Source of the DNA: Octopus bimaculoides
Lineage: Eukaryota
Direction: 5' to 3'
Assembly (NCBI RefSeq): GCF_001194135.2
Contig: NC_068981.1
Span: 140,106,678-140,170,677 of the forward strand
Length of the DNA: 64,000 nt
Shown: positions 62,036 through 64,000 of the stretch, one piece after another
How positions within the stretch are numbered: the first letter of the stretch is position 1
Layout: the number at the start of each line of letters is the position of its first letter
Translations under genes and position numbers: made by a program
The notes under the pieces: generated by a model
Seen by the model: the letters and a program-made list of their open reading frames with translations, nothing else
What the model was told of the DNA's origin: nothing
The model's database searches: none

Positions 62036-64000
62036 CATGCACGCACACACGCATGCACGCACACAGGCATGCACGCACAGACACTTGGACGCATACACGC
62101 ATGCACGCACGCACATACAAACCTGCACACATACAGATATATATATATGTTATGTATGCATATGTACACATATATCATTGTATATAGATAAAAATGAACG
62201 TAAAGAATATATTAATACGTATTGGCATATATATATATATTTCGACGTGCGTGCATACATAAATGCTAAATAGATGTATAGCCATTGTTTCCATCATTAC
62301 CGTTGTGCAACCGTCATATATTTCTCCGTATGAAAACTATACAACATACTAGGGCTTAAATACAATTTAAAAACAATTGAAAACCATAATTTGAAAATAA
62401 AACAGCTTTTATAGCTCCTTTAATGCAGTGATAATATAAAATATAACAATTCGTTTTTACGAGAGATTGAATAAAACCCAAAGCACTTTTGATTTAAAAT
62501 TTATCAACAGTAAAATTTGGAGATCGTTTAGAAATATAATGTTTTTTGCAATAGGTATTAATACGTGTTTGTACAGGGAAGTTGTCATTCAATTAAGAAC
62601 CTATGAACATGTTGTTGGATAAAAAAGTCTGTAAGTATACGTCGATCAACTTTTGAGAGATATAATTGTGTTCTCTGAACATAGAAAACACTGTAGGCGT
62701 GCTTTAACTATAGAAAGCTGTTCGTTGATTTTCCTTCCACCTACCGCACAAGTTACTGTTTTGAGAAACGCTGCGTACCTGGTTATCGTTCACTTCCGAG
62801 AAAGGAAACAGGCAATTTCTGCAAAGAGACGGTGCGTCTATGTTTGGGTTTGTTACAAAATCCAGAGCGAGTAACACCAGAGTAATCTATAATGGCCAAT
62901 GTAAGCATTAACATTTGCATACATTTACAGTTGTCAGAAAAAAAATGGAATATACAAACAACTGTTTTACTTGTTATAAGGATCGGACCTTGCCAGAACA
63001 GGTCTTCATATTTATTTGCTGAACACAGAAAACTGCTTCCCTTAATGTTATCCCTACTTCCACAGTGAAACTTAGTGAAAGTTAAAAAGTGCTAGGTATT
63101 GACAAAATTATGTTTCCCAGCAAATCTGCGGACGAAGAGATGCTAGGCACAGAATATTATGAAGATTTTAAAAATTAGTGGTCGGCATTTTCATCTTACA
63201 AATGTCAATTTTCTGCAATACAGTTGCAGTAGCAGTAAGAGTACCTATGAGCTCTGTCAGCATTCTGCAGACGAGAAATTCCACGTATTTATTATGAAAC
63301 AACATTTCTGGCGTCCACTCGAATGTTCTACGAAAGTAAATGTACTGATAAGTTCTTTCAAGGAAGAAAAGATGCGGAAATTGGCTTAAATTCAGTTTAG
63401 AAGAGCATTTAATTGTCTTATATTTTAATGTATCCACTCAGGCAGCATCGACAAATCAACTGTAATTCAAAATAGGTTGCTGTAACCGTTCATTGGGTCC
63501 CTGTGTTTTCGCTTCCTGAATATGATAAAACTTACTGTCGTCGTTTGGTGGTAATGAAATAATATACCGACTTCTGTTTTTCTTATTGTACATATTAACA
63601 CACATACACGAAAAACAACACCCACCATGATACCTGTGTGTCTTTGTATTCTTTGTATTTATACGTGCATATATGAGTGTGAGCGTTCGTGTACTTGGTC
63701 ATGTTCTGTTATATGTTTGCGGTTATTCTGTGGCCTTTTATTCTCCCGTCTGTACTCTTACTTCCCTAGGTAAAATTATATTAATTATCTAAAAGCAAGT
63801 CTTCTAATGCATTCATGCGATAAAGCATATTTGAAAAGAAGTTTAAAAAAGGTGTAGTGCTGATGCATTGAACTTCCTCTTTACGTAAATACATTGCCAC
63901 TTTCAATCTATTTACAACACCTGATCCAGTCTTGATTACATGTTGCTAAAATTGTATTCATATTTCTTTATCGTTAATTACTAATGTTTCTCAAAACACA

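Noticed and set aside
63159-63437. Overlapping ORFs near the window end (possible hAT dimerisation-domain relic)
   Set aside because: Similarity is limited to a vague VPMSSV segment; the diagnostic ERSFS motif is absent.

Overview
AT-rich, microsatellite-dense eukaryotic DNA with 14 N-gaps, most flanked by simple repeats, as expected for a short-read scaffold. The SINE sequences and repeat landscape resemble an octopus (coleoid cephalopod) genome; this is an inference from memory, not a search result. I find no recognisable host protein-coding gene, rRNA, intact tRNA or CRISPR array, so the window looks intergenic or deep-intronic. Nearly all listed ORFs are microsatellite or N-gap artefacts, and those with real protein signal are decayed transposons: a near-full-length Penelope-like element (RT + GIY-YIG, with an inverted terminal repeat), four more Penelope-like 3' fragments, R4/Dong-type non-LTR fragments in (TAA)n arrays, CR1-like and RTE-like LINE pieces, an internally deleted mariner, a deleted Helitron, an Academ-like transposase with an XPG-type nuclease domain, and about seven tRNA-derived SINE copies. 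The most notable unexplained structures are several long inverted repeats (18982-19130, 42035-42348, 56272-56552, and the Penelope ends) and a CpG-rich island at about 14.35-14.64 kb. I cannot support a claim of a new biological system. The best leads are unusual transposon architectures and potential dsRNA-forming fold-backs.
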